From the NCBI GenBank assembly GCA_963663545.1, contig OY760505.1, positions 384,001-448,000 on the forward strand: a stretch of DNA of 64,000 nt, written 5' to 3'. Under the pieces are notes generated by a model. That model ran no database searches. It saw only the letters and a program-made list of their open reading frames with translations, and was not told the origin of the DNA. The position numbers and the translations under genes are program-made. The first letter of the stretch is position 1; each line of letters begins with the position of its first letter. This document shows, in pieces, positions 1 to 10,438 of the stretch. This stretch comes from Candidatus Delongbacteria bacterium (GTDB lineage: Bacteria > CAIWAD01).

Positions 1-1
1 C

Positions 2-1465
2 CTCGAGCTGCTTGACACCCAGCGCGATGCGACGCTCGTCGCGATCGAACTGCAGCACCTGCACCTGAAGCTCCTGGTCCTTCTTGACCAGCTCGCCCGG
101 GTGACGCAGCTTGCGGGTCCAGGAAAGGTCGCTGATGTGCACCAGGCCCTCGATGCCAGCTTCCAACTCGACGAACACGCCGAAGGGAACCAGGTCACGC
201 ACGACGCCGGTGTGCACCGTACCAATGGCGTACTTCTCAGCCAGCTCTTCCCAGGGATTGGGCTCGGTCTGCTTGAGACCCAGGCTGATCTTGCGCTCTT
301 CCTTGCGCACCTCGAGCACCATCACCTCGACCTCCTGGCCGACGCTCAGAATCTGACTCGGATGCTTGACGTGCTGGGTCCAGCTCATCTCGCTGATATG
401 AATCAGGCCCTCGATACCCTCGGAAAGCTCCACAAAGGCACCGTAGCGGGTCAGGCTGACCACCTTGCCCTGAACGCGCTCGCCCACCGGATAACGCTCG
501 TCGACGTCGTTCCAGGGGTGCGGCTGCAGTTGCTTGAGGCCGATGGAAATGCGATTCCGGTCGCGATCGAAGTTGAGCACCTTGACGGTGATCTTCTGAT
601 CCAGCTTGACCACGTCGGAAGGATGATTGACACGACCCCAGGACAGGTCGGTGATGTGCAACAGTCCGTCCACACCGCCCAGGTCGACGAAGACGCCGAA
701 GTTGGTGATGTTCTTGACCACACCCTCGCGGATCTGGCCGACTTCCAGCTCGCCCAGGACCTTCTCGCGGATCTCGCGCATGTCCTCTTCGATGAGCACC
801 TTGCGGCTGACGACGATGTTCTTGCGCGCGTCGTTAATCTTGACGATACGGAAGTCCATCTTCTTGCCGATGAGGCCGTCGAAGTCGCGGACCGGATGAA
901 TGTCGATCTGGCTGCCGGGCAGGAAGGCGTCGATACCCATCAGGTCGACCACGAGGCCGCCCTTGATGCGACGAATGACCTTACCCTCGATCACGGCACT
1001 GTCGTTCTCGAGCGTCTTCAGGGACATCCAGGTGCGCTCCACGTCGGCGCGCTTCTTGGATAGCATCAGCGTGCCGCCGGGACCTTCGAACTTCTCGATG
1101 AAGACTTCGATGGTGTCGCCGATGGTCAGCGCCTTGGGATCGTCAAACTCGTCCAGGGGAACCCAACCTTCGGACTTAAAGCCGATGTCCACTGCCACGT
1201 CACGATCGGTGATGTTGACAATGCGGCCCTCGGAGATCGAATTCTCCTGGTTGTCCTTGAAGGTCTCGTTGTACAGGGCTTCCAACTGGTCCCGCTCATT
1301 GGCGGAGTAGGAATACTCTTCCGCAAAGAGGTCTTCGTCGCTCAGCTCAAACTCGGACTTCACGGGTGTCTTGGCGGCTGCTGCAACCGGCTGGGTCGCT
1401 TCAACCTGCGGGGTGGCCTCTACCGGGGTCTCTTCCGGTGCGGGATTCCTGGTTTCTTCGGACAT
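2..1465 (-). CDS. rpsA: 30S ribosomal protein S1 (3' end runs off the window)
   Basis: Not in the ORF track because it is truncated. Reading from ATG 1465 gives MSEETRNP...VAVDIGFKSEG...KGGLVVDLMGIDAFLPGSQID...NIVVSRK (S1 repeats), with strong codon bias. Confidence 0.97.
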   Translation of the reverse strand, partial: MSEETRNPAPEETPVEATPQVEATQPVAAAAKTPVKSEFELSDEDLFAEEYSYSANERDQLEALYNETFKDNQENSISEGRIVNITDRDVAVDIGFKSEGWVPLDEFDDPKALTIGDTIEVFIEKFEGPGGTLMLSKKRADVERTWMSLKTLENDSAVIEGKVIRRIKGGLVVDLMGIDAFLPGSQIDIHPVRDFDGLIGKKMDFRIVKINDARKNIVVSRKVLIEEDMREIREKVLGELEVGQIREGVVKNITNFGVFVDLGGVDGLLHITDLSWGRVNHPSDVVKLDQKITVKVLNFDRDRNRISIGLKQLQPHPWNDVDERYPVGERVQGKVVSLTRYGAFVELSEGIEGLIHISEMSWTQHVKHPSQILSVGQEVEVMVLEVRKEERKISLGLKQTEPNPWEELAEKYAIGTVHTGVVRDLVPFGVFVELEAGIEGLVHISDLSWTRKLRHPGELVKKDQELQVQVLQFDRDERRIALGVKQLE

Positions 1466-1542
1466 CAGGGTTGTTCCTTACTTGCTTCGTTTGGGGTTGT
1501 ACTCGCCCGACCGCGCCCAGTTCGCGAGCGGGGAAACCGCAT

Positions 1543-1551
1543 AGTATAACA
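1543..1551 (-). promoter_or_regulatory. Candidate extended -10 promoter (TGtTATACT) for rpsA
   Basis: TGnTATACT about 80 nt upstream of the rpsA start; no good -35. Confidence 0.4.
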
Positions 1552-1589
1552 CATGAAGATGGAATATGCCGCAAGTTCTCTCATACAAT

Positions 1590-1613
1590 AGGAAAGGGCC
1601 GGTTGCCCGGCCC
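1590..1613 (-). terminator. Putative intrinsic terminator after the lamin-tail gene
   Basis: GGGCCGG-N4-CCGGCCC stem followed by TTTCC on the minus strand. Confidence 0.45.
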
Positions 1614-1653
1614 ATAGTTGATTGCGTCAATCCGTTTGGATCACGATAGCGAT

Positions 1654-1673
1654 CCGACTCCATTTGGAGTCGG
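1654..1673. repeat. REP-like palindrome CCGACTCC-N3/4-GGAGTCGG (copy 1 of 5)
   Basis: The same palindrome occurs at 3666, 9071, 56333 and 57804, each flanked by CGATnn hexamers. Confidence 0.8.
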
Positions 1674-1694
1674 CCTCGATACCGATTCTAAGAG

Positions 1695-3299
1695 TTACTT
1701 CAGCAGAACCATGCGACGGGTCTGGCTCAGGCCATCCGCCTCAAGGTGATACAAGTACACACCGCTGGCGAGCGCACTGGCATCAAAGCTCAGCTGATGC
1801 TCGCCGGCTTCAAGCAGACCCTTCCGAAGCACGGCCACCGTCGCGCCGCTGAGGTCGTAGACGGTCAGCTTGACCTGCGAAACTGCGGGAAGCGTGAACG
1901 CAATGGTAGTGCTGGGATTGAAGGGATTCGGATAATTTTGATGAAGCGAGAAGGTGCCAACCTGCTCATGGGCGTCGGCGGTCTGGTTGGTTGAATTGGG
2001 TGCGCCGGGAGTGCCGCCAAACACGTAGCTGGTGTACCAGTTGTCGCCCTCGTTGTTGTCCAGTGCAGGATCCATCAACTCAAGGCTGGATCCATCGCCG
2101 TCGGCGGCTCCGCCGCCCCAGCCATCGCCGTAGGCCACCAGGTCGATCTGCACGCCGCAGGCGTTCTGCAGCTCCACGCTCTCACCACCGTTGGAGAGAT
2201 TGCCATCGTCCCACTGCAACGGCTCAAAGCCGTACCAGGCCGCAAAGGTGGTCGCGTTTTTGGCGATTACCAGATAGTCTTCGGCAGCGATGCTGCAGGT
2301 GTCGGCAAAAGTGAAGTCGATGCCCTGGGTGAAAGCCCAGCCCGCCAGACTGACCGCGTAGGTATTGGGATTGTAGAGCTCGATGAATTCGTAATCATCA
2401 TCGTCACCCTGGTCGCCGCTGGGATTGAAGTGCAGCTCGTTGATCACGATCACTTCAGCCGCAGCGCAAACGGTGTAAGTGAAGCCGTACTCCGTGTGCA
2501 TGCTGTTGCCCGAGTAAGCCGAGATTTCGTAATACACTTCGGTGCCTGCGGGCTGTCCGGGAATGGTCGTGGACCAGACATTGTCGGCACCTTCGGTCAT
2601 CCACAAGCTGTCGTAGTCATAGACGCCGGGAATGAGGTTGTAGGCCAGTGCCACGGAATCGATGCCAAGAGCACAAATGGCCGTGCAACTCACCTGCACC
2701 GCCTCGAACGCTGTAGGTTGAAGCGGATCCTGGCTGATGCTGCTGATGAGGATCTCGTCACTGATCTCCTGATACACGGAGTTCTGCGCACCGGGAGTAC
2801 CATCGTCCACCAGGGAGGCGGCCCAGTTCACACCCGCATTATTGTCGAAGATCGGGTTGATCAGCTCGCAGCTGGGGCCGTCGCCATCCGCCGCGCTGGG
2901 CCAGTCGTTGCCATCATCATAGGTGACGCTGTCCAGCAGCAGATCGTCGCCATCGTGTAGTTCAATGGTTTCGCCGCTGTTGTTGATTGCCTCTCCGGTA
3001 TCCCACTGGATCACACCGCTGATGCCGTAGTAGGTCTCCACTTCGCTGGCGGTCTGCGCAAGAACCAGATAGCCATGCGCGCCTATTGTGGTGCCCGCAG
3101 GAATGACTCCTTCAACGCCGTTGGCCAGATAAGCCCCGCCAAGATCCACGGCAAAGTCAGCGGTGTTGTAGAGCTCGATGAACTCATAAAGAGCATCGTC
3201 GCCCTGGTCGGGATTGTAATGGATCTCGTTGATCACGATGTCCGCCAGCGCTGCAGTGCAGAACAAGGACATCGAACAAAGCACGAGCAAGCTTTTCAT
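1695..3299 (-). CDS. Secreted lamin-tail-domain protein (2x LTD) with T9SS-A-like C-terminal domain
   Basis: Signal peptide; two VINEI/LHYNP...EFIELYN...GTPG modules; NYPNPFNPST tail. Confidence 0.88.
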   Translation of the reverse strand: MKSLLVLCSMSLFCTAALADIVINEIHYNPDQGDDALYEFIELYNTADFAVDLGGAYLANGVEGVIPAGTTIGAHGYLVLAQTASEVETYYGISGVIQWDTGEAINNSGETIELHDGDDLLLDSVTYDDGNDWPSAADGDGPSCELINPIFDNNAGVNWAASLVDDGTPGAQNSVYQEISDEILISSISQDPLQPTAFEAVQVSCTAICALGIDSVALAYNLIPGVYDYDSLWMTEGADNVWSTTIPGQPAGTEVYYEISAYSGNSMHTEYGFTYTVCAAAEVIVINELHFNPSGDQGDDDDYEFIELYNPNTYAVSLAGWAFTQGIDFTFADTCSIAAEDYLVIAKNATTFAAWYGFEPLQWDDGNLSNGGESVELQNACGVQIDLVAYGDGWGGGAADGDGSSLELMDPALDNNEGDNWYTSYVFGGTPGAPNSTNQTADAHEQVGTFSLHQNYPNPFNPSTTIAFTLPAVSQVKLTVYDLSGATVAVLRKGLLEAGEHQLSFDASALASGVYLYHLEADGLSQTRRMVLLK

Positions 3300-3565
3300 G
3301 GCTTCCCCTCATATGGTTAGTAGATGATTTGATCACTCAGGTAACGCCTGATCCGGACAGAACTGGCGTTGGGCACAACGGAGGGTACCTTAGTATTGTT
3401 AGGCTAGTATGTCGAGTTAAAGCTAGTGCATGTGAAAATATCTGAAGACCCGAACAATGGACGAAAGTCACGTCCCGCTCCAGCCGAAGTCAGCCTGAGC
3501 GGGTTTAGCACATTGCCTCAAGTGGATCACAGGGGAAGAGTGCCAGCACTGCGAATCACGCTCAT

Positions 3566-3690
3566 GTGACATATAAGAAAAGGCCGGATCGCGCCGGCCA
3601 TTTCTTTTGTGTCACGATGATCATGCTAATGTGGCTTTTGGGATAGGCCACTCTCCGATACCGATCCGACTCTGAAGGAGTCGGCACCGA
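3566..3690. repeat. 125-bp direct repeat, copy A (terminator-like hairpin plus REP-like palindrome)
   Basis: Near-identical to 8971-9095. Confidence 0.92.
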
Positions 3691-3732
3691 TCCGGGTGCA
3701 ACGCAACCGGCAGCGATATCAATGAAGGGCGG

Positions 3733-6255
3733 TTACTTGAGCAGCAGCACACGCTGCACTGCGCTTTGCTCCTCGCCCGCAAGATGCACCAGATAGAGAC
3801 CGCTGGCCAGCGCGCTGCCATCAAAGCGCGCTTCGTGCTCACCAGCGAGGAACTGGCCCTCAGCCAGAGTCTGCACCAGGCGGCCCTGCAGGTCGTAGAC
3901 CTTCAGGCTGAGCTCCTGAGTGCGCTCGGTGTCGAAATTGATCACCGTGCTCGGGTTGAAGGGATTGGGAAATGCTGTTATCGCAAGACTGCCAGGTTGC
4001 GTGATACGAGGGTTGCTCACCCCGACATCTGACACGTTCTCCAACCATCCCAGATGCTGTCCCTGACTCGCACTGTACACGAGGTCGATCAAACCGTCGC
4101 CGTTGATATCACCCGGTTTCATGGCAATCCGATAGGGAAGGTTGCATACAATGGACTCTTCATAATCGCTTTCCGGAGTGTAGCAGTGTACGTACCAATA
4201 CCTCATCGCAAGGACTTCAGCACGAGAATCGCCTGCCAGGTTTGCATAAACAACAGATTCGACCTCGCGATATGCGTGCTGTGGACCAAGGAAATGTACA
4301 CCCCCAAAGCCGTTTCCGCTGTTAGTGTTCTCTATCCATTGAAAATTGTAGACTATTGTGTATTCAGGAATTACGTCCTTGGATATTAAAATGATATCAG
4401 GATCGCCATCGAGATCCAGGTCGTGTGTTCCAAAGTAGTGACAGTAGTATCCCCCTATCCCTACTGAAGAGGTCACTCCGCCATAAGACCCGGCTCCATC
4501 CTCGTTCAAATAGAGGCTCATATGACTACCCGAACAGAGAACCAGGTCATTATCATCATCCTGATCGAAGTCCACAAGTGCAGCGTAGTCAGCTCTTGGG
4601 ACTTCGAAAAGCTCGATGTAGGCAGCAAATGTATCAGCCTGATCAACATGCGGATAGTACACCAGACGTTGCGAAGGTATCTGATACATGAGGACATCGG
4701 GCAGTTGATCGCCGTTTACATCACCACATGTGAGATACCTGACGGTCTCACCACCATCAAGGTATTGTACATTTTTCCGGTATTGCCCAGTACCCAAGTT
4801 CTGCAGCCAGTACACTTCGATCCCACTGCTTTGGCCGTAGGTGTAGTAATAATAGAAATAGTCCAGGTCGCCATCTTGGTCAAAATCCAGCACCTCGCCA
4901 GACAGGGGCACTGGTCCATGGGCATTTCGGTCAAGGAGGATCGCTGGGGAAAAAGCACCGGACGCGTCCTGATTCTCGTACCAGAAAACCCTGCCCTTGT
5001 TGGCGGCAATCAGGTCCAGATCTCCGTCCTCGTCGACATCGAAGAGGTCGAACTCTGAGCACTCAGGGGCCGAGAAAGTCAGATCCGCCTGCCAGGTATA
5101 TTGCGCGTCCACACAATTGTAGACCGTCACCATGCCCTCATTTGCAGCTACTGTGAGCAGCTCACAAGCGCCATCTCCCCACAGATCTGCAGCTTCTGCA
5201 TAGGAAGCCAGCAGCACATCGTCCGCAACCACTTGAGCGGGTTGAAAACTACCCGCGGGAGTAGCGTTGGCGAACCAACTAACCGTATACTGATCCCCAG
5301 AAACCAAACAAACGTCGTAGTCGCCGTCCGCGTCCAGATCGCGCGCCAGCAAGTGCGAAAGCTGGCCCATTCCGGTCGCAATCGAGTGACTCTCTGAGAA
5401 GCCACCACTTCCATTGTTCTCGTACCAGAGAGCTTCTCCCGCTGTAGCATCGGCACACAGCAGATCCAGATCGCCGTCTGCATCCAGATCGGCGACGTCC
5501 AGCTCCGGGATGTAGGCCAACGCAGCACTGATCTCGTGGACAACCAGGAAACTCATCTCCCGGTTCTCGTACCAGAACAGCTGATCGGGACATGCGAGCA
5601 GCACGTCCGCGTCTCCGTCACCATCCAGGTCCACCACATGGAGCGCGCTCACTGCCGAGTACTCTCCACCCACAAGCGTAGGCCCAACAAACGAACCCAT
5701 GCCATTCACATTTTCATATAAGGACACAGTATCACTGAGCAGCAGCAGGTCCAGATCACCATCCTCGTCCAGATCAGCCAGTTCTACGCGCGAACCACCC
5801 GCGTCACTGAGAATCAAGTACCACAGTCCCTGTCCTTCTCCAGTGCCTAAGTTTGGATACCAACGCAATCCAGCTTGACCGGAAGAGACCGTTACAACGT
5901 CGGGATACTGGTCTCCATTCAAGTCGGCCACCTGCAGATCCGTCACATTTCCGGCACTCTCGCCAAACAGATGTTCCTCGGCACAAAAACTGGTACCGAG
6001 ATTCTCAAACCACAGGACCTTGCCGCTGGTCGACGCGCACACCAGATCCAGATCACCATCCAGATCCATGTCTGCAGTCTGTATTGCACGCGTGATGCTC
6101 AGATCCAGGCGCTGGATGGTTCTAGTATCGCTGAACTGAAAGTCCTGTGAATTGCTTATCTGAATCAGCAAGAAGATTGCCAGCGCAGACAGCGTCCATT
6201 TATAGCAATTCAGCACGACTCCAAGGCTGTTTGCCAATTGGCTGCGGTTCTCCAT
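3733..6255 (-). CDS. Secreted FG-GAP/VCBS repeat protein with T9SS-A-like tail
   Basis: Many DxDxDGDxD motifs, hydrophobic N-terminus, AFPNPFNPST tail. Confidence 0.9.
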   Translation of the reverse strand: MENRSQLANSLGVVLNCYKWTLSALAIFLLIQISNSQDFQFSDTRTIQRLDLSITRAIQTADMDLDGDLDLVCASTSGKVLWFENLGTSFCAEEHLFGESAGNVTDLQVADLNGDQYPDVVTVSSGQAGLRWYPNLGTGEGQGLWYLILSDAGGSRVELADLDEDGDLDLLLLSDTVSLYENVNGMGSFVGPTLVGGEYSAVSALHVVDLDGDGDADVLLACPDQLFWYENREMSFLVVHEISAALAYIPELDVADLDADGDLDLLCADATAGEALWYENNGSGGFSESHSIATGMGQLSHLLARDLDADGDYDVCLVSGDQYTVSWFANATPAGSFQPAQVVADDVLLASYAEAADLWGDGACELLTVAANEGMVTVYNCVDAQYTWQADLTFSAPECSEFDLFDVDEDGDLDLIAANKGRVFWYENQDASGAFSPAILLDRNAHGPVPLSGEVLDFDQDGDLDYFYYYYTYGQSSGIEVYWLQNLGTGQYRKNVQYLDGGETVRYLTCGDVNGDQLPDVLMYQIPSQRLVYYPHVDQADTFAAYIELFEVPRADYAALVDFDQDDDNDLVLCSGSHMSLYLNEDGAGSYGGVTSSVGIGGYYCHYFGTHDLDLDGDPDIILISKDVIPEYTIVYNFQWIENTNSGNGFGGVHFLGPQHAYREVESVVYANLAGDSRAEVLAMRYWYVHCYTPESDYEESIVCNLPYRIAMKPGDINGDGLIDLVYSASQGQHLGWLENVSDVGVSNPRITQPGSLAITAFPNPFNPSTVINFDTERTQELSLKVYDLQGRLVQTLAEGQFLAGEHEARFDGSALASGLYLVHLAGEEQSAVQRVLLLK

Positions 6256-6292
6256 TTCACCCTCCGCTTAGTAGTTGGTCCAACAAAGAAGC

Positions 6293-8875
6293 CTACTTCA
6301 ACAACAACAGGCGTTGCGTTTCAGAAGCCTCTTCTCCAAGCAACTGCACCAGGTAGATGCCGCTGCTCTGCGCGCTGCCATCGAAATACACATGGTGCTC
6401 GCCCGCAAGAAAGCGGCCTTCTGCAAGAGTCTGCACCAGTTGGCCGCTGAGGTTGTAGACCTTCAGGCTGAGGTTCTGGCTGCGCGCAGCACTGAAATGG
6501 ATCACGGTGCTTGGGTTGAAAGGGTTGGGAAATGCACTCATGGACAGGCTCTGTGGCGAACGATGCGGGGCTTCGGGAAGATCGAGGATGGTCTCGTTGC
6601 GGTACCAGGTGACGTTGCCTGCGCCCCCATCGGCGACGATGACCAGATCATTGTCGCCATCTCCATCCAGATCCAAACCTGCGGCAGTGCAAAACTCTGG
6701 TATCTGTGTTTCCAGGTAGGAGGAAAATGCAATGCTACCTGATGTTGTACTAATGAAGGCTGCAATCCCATCGGGATGAGCTTCGTAGTTCCGCTCTGAC
6801 ACTAGAAGATCGAGATGAGAATCGCCATTCAAGTCCAGCAGAACACCCCACTGCGGATCCATTCCGTATGTGCCTCCGATCCAATAACGATCGAAGTCTC
6901 CGCTCTCCTCCTGCCAGCTGTAAACTGAATAATCAGCACAAGAAAACGGGTCCCCATAAGGATCGAGCCCATAATAGAAACTCAGTACAAGCACATCTTC
7001 TTTACCATTGTCATCGAAATCCGCGACTTGCAATACAGGAACAGGACATCCCCTTGACCGGAGGATTCGGGTTTCGCTGAACTGGCTGCCCCCGTCCAGG
7101 TTTTCCTTCCAACAGACACCACTGAACTCTGGATACCCAGTAGATATAATCGAGTACACCAGGTCGTCATCGTGGTCTCCGTCCAGATCAGCGAATAGAG
7201 TTTTGCTCATAGCAAGACCTTCGAAAGCAGCTGGTACGTCAGCTTCGACAAACTCCCCGTCCTGCTGCAGAAAGAAGCGGTAGTCCGGACCGGAGGAATA
7301 CAACAGCAAATCGGCCAATCCATCACCGTTGAAGTCTGGCATTTTGACTTGATCAACACTGGTATCCAAATTGAGCATGATGCTTTCCTGCGGAAAGCCG
7401 ACCTCGCCGGCCAGCTGCTCCAGAAGTATCAAATCCTTGGTGTAAATGTCCTGGGCCAAGAAGTCGCCCTGCCTATCTCCGTTAACATCTATATAATCAA
7501 TAACATCGATTCCTTGTTTGATCAGAATCGGGTCTTCAAGGAGACTCCACGAATTCCTGTTCAGATGATACTGAATAGTACAACTCTCACGCGCATAGGA
7601 AATACAATCCGGATCGCCATCTCCATCGATGTCATCAAAGTAAACGGCAGCTATTGGCTGGATAACTTCACTGATCTCTACTCTCAAATACGAAACCGGC
7701 GCATTTGCCGACCTGATGTATACTTGTAGGCCCTCCTGACAGGCGGTGACAAAGTCGTCGATCCTATCATAATTGAGGTCACGAAAGCACAGCGATCGAC
7801 ATTCATATATGTCTGTCACCAAGTACTCCGGAGTTCCAAAGCTGCCGCCCTCGTTCCAGCTCACCATCAGTCCATAGCAGTCAGTGGCATCCGACAGGGC
7901 CAGGTCAAGATCTCCATCGCCATCCAGATCCCGTGGTTCAATCACTCGAAAAGCCCTGTTGGGGCTGATTTCCACCGGAGCAGCGTACTGGAAAGGACTG
8001 TTTACACTACGGTGAAGGAACGTGAACTCAGCTCGGGACGAATACTCTCTCCCCGAGCTCAGTAGATCGGGACATCCATCGCCATTCACATCTGCAACCG
8101 ATGCGCCATAGATTCTGGAGCCTTCATATGAATACGCAAGACTGAAGCTTCCGCTGCCATTCGTGTTTTCTATGACATACAATCCACGATTACTGTCATT
8201 GCAGCTCACAACCAGATCCAAATCGCCATCATTGTCCATATCAGCGGCAATGTGGCGACTCGCCAAACTTGAAAAAGCCGGTCCCGAGCCAGAAGGTGTA
8301 AACTCGCCCGTGGCAGAACCAAAACACACTCCCAATTGATAGTCCGTCAGGTGATAGAAGCCTGCAAGATCAGCGACACCGTCTCCGTTGAAATCAGCGA
8401 TCACCGTAGTGATGAAGTAGTCGGGGACACCAGGTAGCGGCGCACGGTCTTCAAAACTGATTCCGCCCACCGAAGTGGTGTTCTGCAGCCATCGCGTACC
8501 CTGGTTCGTACCAATGACGATATCCAAGTCTCCATCCTGATCAATATCCCCGGTCAAGAATTTCTGGACATCATTCGCTGGTGTTCCAATGAGCCCACGT
8601 ATATAGTCTACGGTACTATTGGGATTGACGTGACGCTCGTACCAACACACTTCGCCGCCTTGCTCTAATGACAGAAAGTCGTAATCACCATCACCGTCCA
8701 GATCCACTGGTGTTGCAAACAAGGCAACATGAGGTCCACTGACTGCTGGGGTCAAGGGAAAGGGACCTGAGTACTCCGGCCATTGCGCCTGCGCCGTCTG
8801 CAACAGCAGCAAACAAAGCCCACCCACGATTGTCCAGAAAGGAATCGATCGATGACAACACCGGCTGCTGTTCAT
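6293..8875 (-). CDS. Secreted FG-GAP/VCBS repeat protein with T9SS-A-like tail
   Basis: Same motifs as the neighbour; start moved to ATG 8875, which follows a GGGGAGG RBS and precedes a signal peptide. Confidence 0.88.
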   Translation of the reverse strand: MNSSRCCHRSIPFWTIVGGLCLLLLQTAQAQWPEYSGPFPLTPAVSGPHVALFATPVDLDGDGDYDFLSLEQGGEVCWYERHVNPNSTVDYIRGLIGTPANDVQKFLTGDIDQDGDLDIVIGTNQGTRWLQNTTSVGGISFEDRAPLPGVPDYFITTVIADFNGDGVADLAGFYHLTDYQLGVCFGSATGEFTPSGSGPAFSSLASRHIAADMDNDGDLDLVVSCNDSNRGLYVIENTNGSGSFSLAYSYEGSRIYGASVADVNGDGCPDLLSSGREYSSRAEFTFLHRSVNSPFQYAAPVEISPNRAFRVIEPRDLDGDGDLDLALSDATDCYGLMVSWNEGGSFGTPEYLVTDIYECRSLCFRDLNYDRIDDFVTACQEGLQVYIRSANAPVSYLRVEISEVIQPIAAVYFDDIDGDGDPDCISYARESCTIQYHLNRNSWSLLEDPILIKQGIDVIDYIDVNGDRQGDFLAQDIYTKDLILLEQLAGEVGFPQESIMLNLDTSVDQVKMPDFNGDGLADLLLYSSGPDYRFFLQQDGEFVEADVPAAFEGLAMSKTLFADLDGDHDDDLVYSIISTGYPEFSGVCWKENLDGGSQFSETRILRSRGCPVPVLQVADFDDNGKEDVLVLSFYYGLDPYGDPFSCADYSVYSWQEESGDFDRYWIGGTYGMDPQWGVLLDLNGDSHLDLLVSERNYEAHPDGIAAFISTTSGSIAFSSYLETQIPEFCTAAGLDLDGDGDNDLVIVADGGAGNVTWYRNETILDLPEAPHRSPQSLSMSAFPNPFNPSTVIHFSAARSQNLSLKVYNLSGQLVQTLAEGRFLAGEHHVYFDGSAQSSGIYLVQLLGEEASETQRLLLLK

Positions 8876-8970
8876 TGTGCCCTCCCCACGGCCCAAGGCC
8901 TGTGCATTGAAAAGTGTGATGTGCTGTCGTCCATAGTAGGGTTTTCGCTGCGGGAATGGAAGGGATTTTC

Positions 8971-9095
8971 GTGACACAAAAGAAAAGGCCGGATCGCGCC
9001 GGCCATTTCTTTTGTGTCACGATGATCATGCTAATGTGGCTTTTGGGATAGGCCACTCTCCGATAGCGATCCGACTCTGAAGGAGTCGGCACCGA
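8971..9095. repeat. 125-bp direct repeat, copy B
   Basis: GTGACACAAAAGAAAAGGCCGG-atcgcg-CCGGCCATTTCTTTTGTGTCAC hairpin followed by the CCGACTC palindrome; matches 3566-3690. Confidence 0.92.
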
Positions 9096-9100
9096 CAAAG

Positions 9101-10420
9101 CTAGGCTTCTGGATGGTCCAGCGCGAACGCCGCGAGACGCTCCTCCATTTCGGCAAAGCGCGAAGCATCGGTGAAGCTCACGCAGGCGCGCAGGCCCTCG
9201 CTGCGGGTCGATCCGGTGATCTGCAGGGTGATCATGCTCACACCGTAACGCAGCAGTTCCAGCAGCAGCTCGGGACCGTCGAAGCCCGGATAGCTGACGG
9301 TGAAGTAGAAGCCGTCGCCGATGGGCTCGCCCAGGTCGTTGTCGTAGACCAGCTTGAAGCCGTGACGCAAGAAGCACTCCTTGAGCCACTTGGCGCGCCC
9401 GGAATACTCCTCCACATTCTTGCGGAAACTGGTCTCGCCCTCGCAGGCAGCATTTAGCAGCGCGGCCAGACCGTATTGCCCGCCGTGATTCACGCCCGCC
9501 GTCGAGCTGTAGATGCCGCCGTGGATGAAGGCGTGTAGGAAATGCGTGGTGGCGTAGTGTTCCTCCAGGGCGGGGAAGCGGCGATGGGCCAGCTCAGGCG
9601 CAATGGCCAGCACGCCCACACGGCTGCCAGCGAAGCTGAAGAGCTTGGAGCCGGAGAGCAGCATCACCCAGTTCTTGCCCTTGTGCGCCACCGTCGGCAC
9701 GTAGGGCTCGCGACCGGGCGTCAGATAGTCTTGGCGCAGATCCATGCCGAAGTAGGCCATGTCCTCGATGAGTAGCACGTCATGCTTGTTGCTCACCTCC
9801 GCCAGCCCGTCCAGCTCTTCCTGCGTGAGACAGACCCAGGCCGGATTGTTGGGTGAGGACCAGATCACGCTGCCGATGTGCCCCTGTGACACGCGGCGCT
9901 CCACCTCGCGCACTAGCTTCTCGCCACGGAAATCGTAGAAGTCGACGCTCTCGGCCTTCAGCCCGAAAAAGCGCGCCTGCAGCCTGTTTACCGGAAAGCC
10001 GGGATCCAGGAAGAGCACCGTATCACGGCCGGGCAGCATGCGCACGCCCAAAACCTGTGATACAAATCCGCCCTGCATGGCGCCGCAGGTGGGAATGATC
10101 ACTTCCGGCGGCAGTTCGATGTTGAGGAAATCCTTGATGAAGCGGACGCCCGCCTGCTTCAGTTCGGGAATGCCGTCGAAGGGCGGATAGATGCGCTGAC
10201 TGTCGCACTCGCGAATGGCGCGGCACTCTGCTTCAATGGCCACTTGGGGCGTTGGCAAATTGGGAATGCCGAACTCCATGCGAATGAAGCGCAGCTTGGC
10301 GGCCTCCTCCAGGTCATTGGCCAGCTTGACCAGCTCACGAATTGCCAGGCGGCGTGGGTTGAAGCCCAGGTGGTTCAGGCACTGGGTAATCAGCTCTGCA
10401 GGTAGCGGTTGAAAACTCAT
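9101..10420 (-). CDS. PLP-dependent aminotransferase, class I/II
   Basis: SPNNP, EDMAY and SGSKLFSFAGSRVG (PLP lysine) motifs. Confidence 0.92.
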   Translation of the reverse strand: MSFQPLPAELITQCLNHLGFNPRRLAIRELVKLANDLEEAAKLRFIRMEFGIPNLPTPQVAIEAECRAIRECDSQRIYPPFDGIPELKQAGVRFIKDFLNIELPPEVIIPTCGAMQGGFVSQVLGVRMLPGRDTVLFLDPGFPVNRLQARFFGLKAESVDFYDFRGEKLVREVERRVSQGHIGSVIWSSPNNPAWVCLTQEELDGLAEVSNKHDVLLIEDMAYFGMDLRQDYLTPGREPYVPTVAHKGKNWVMLLSGSKLFSFAGSRVGVLAIAPELAHRRFPALEEHYATTHFLHAFIHGGIYSSTAGVNHGGQYGLAALLNAACEGETSFRKNVEEYSGRAKWLKECFLRHGFKLVYDNDLGEPIGDGFYFTVSYPGFDGPELLLELLRYGVSMITLQITGSTRSEGLRACVSFTDASRFAEMEERLAAFALDHPEA

Positions 10421-10438
10421 GCGTCGCCTCCGCTCGAT

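Noticed and set aside
101-1063. 320-aa plus-strand ORF and similar long antisense ORFs (e.g. 11608, 29k, 32671, 61606)
   Set aside because: Shadow frames of GC-rich minus-strand genes.
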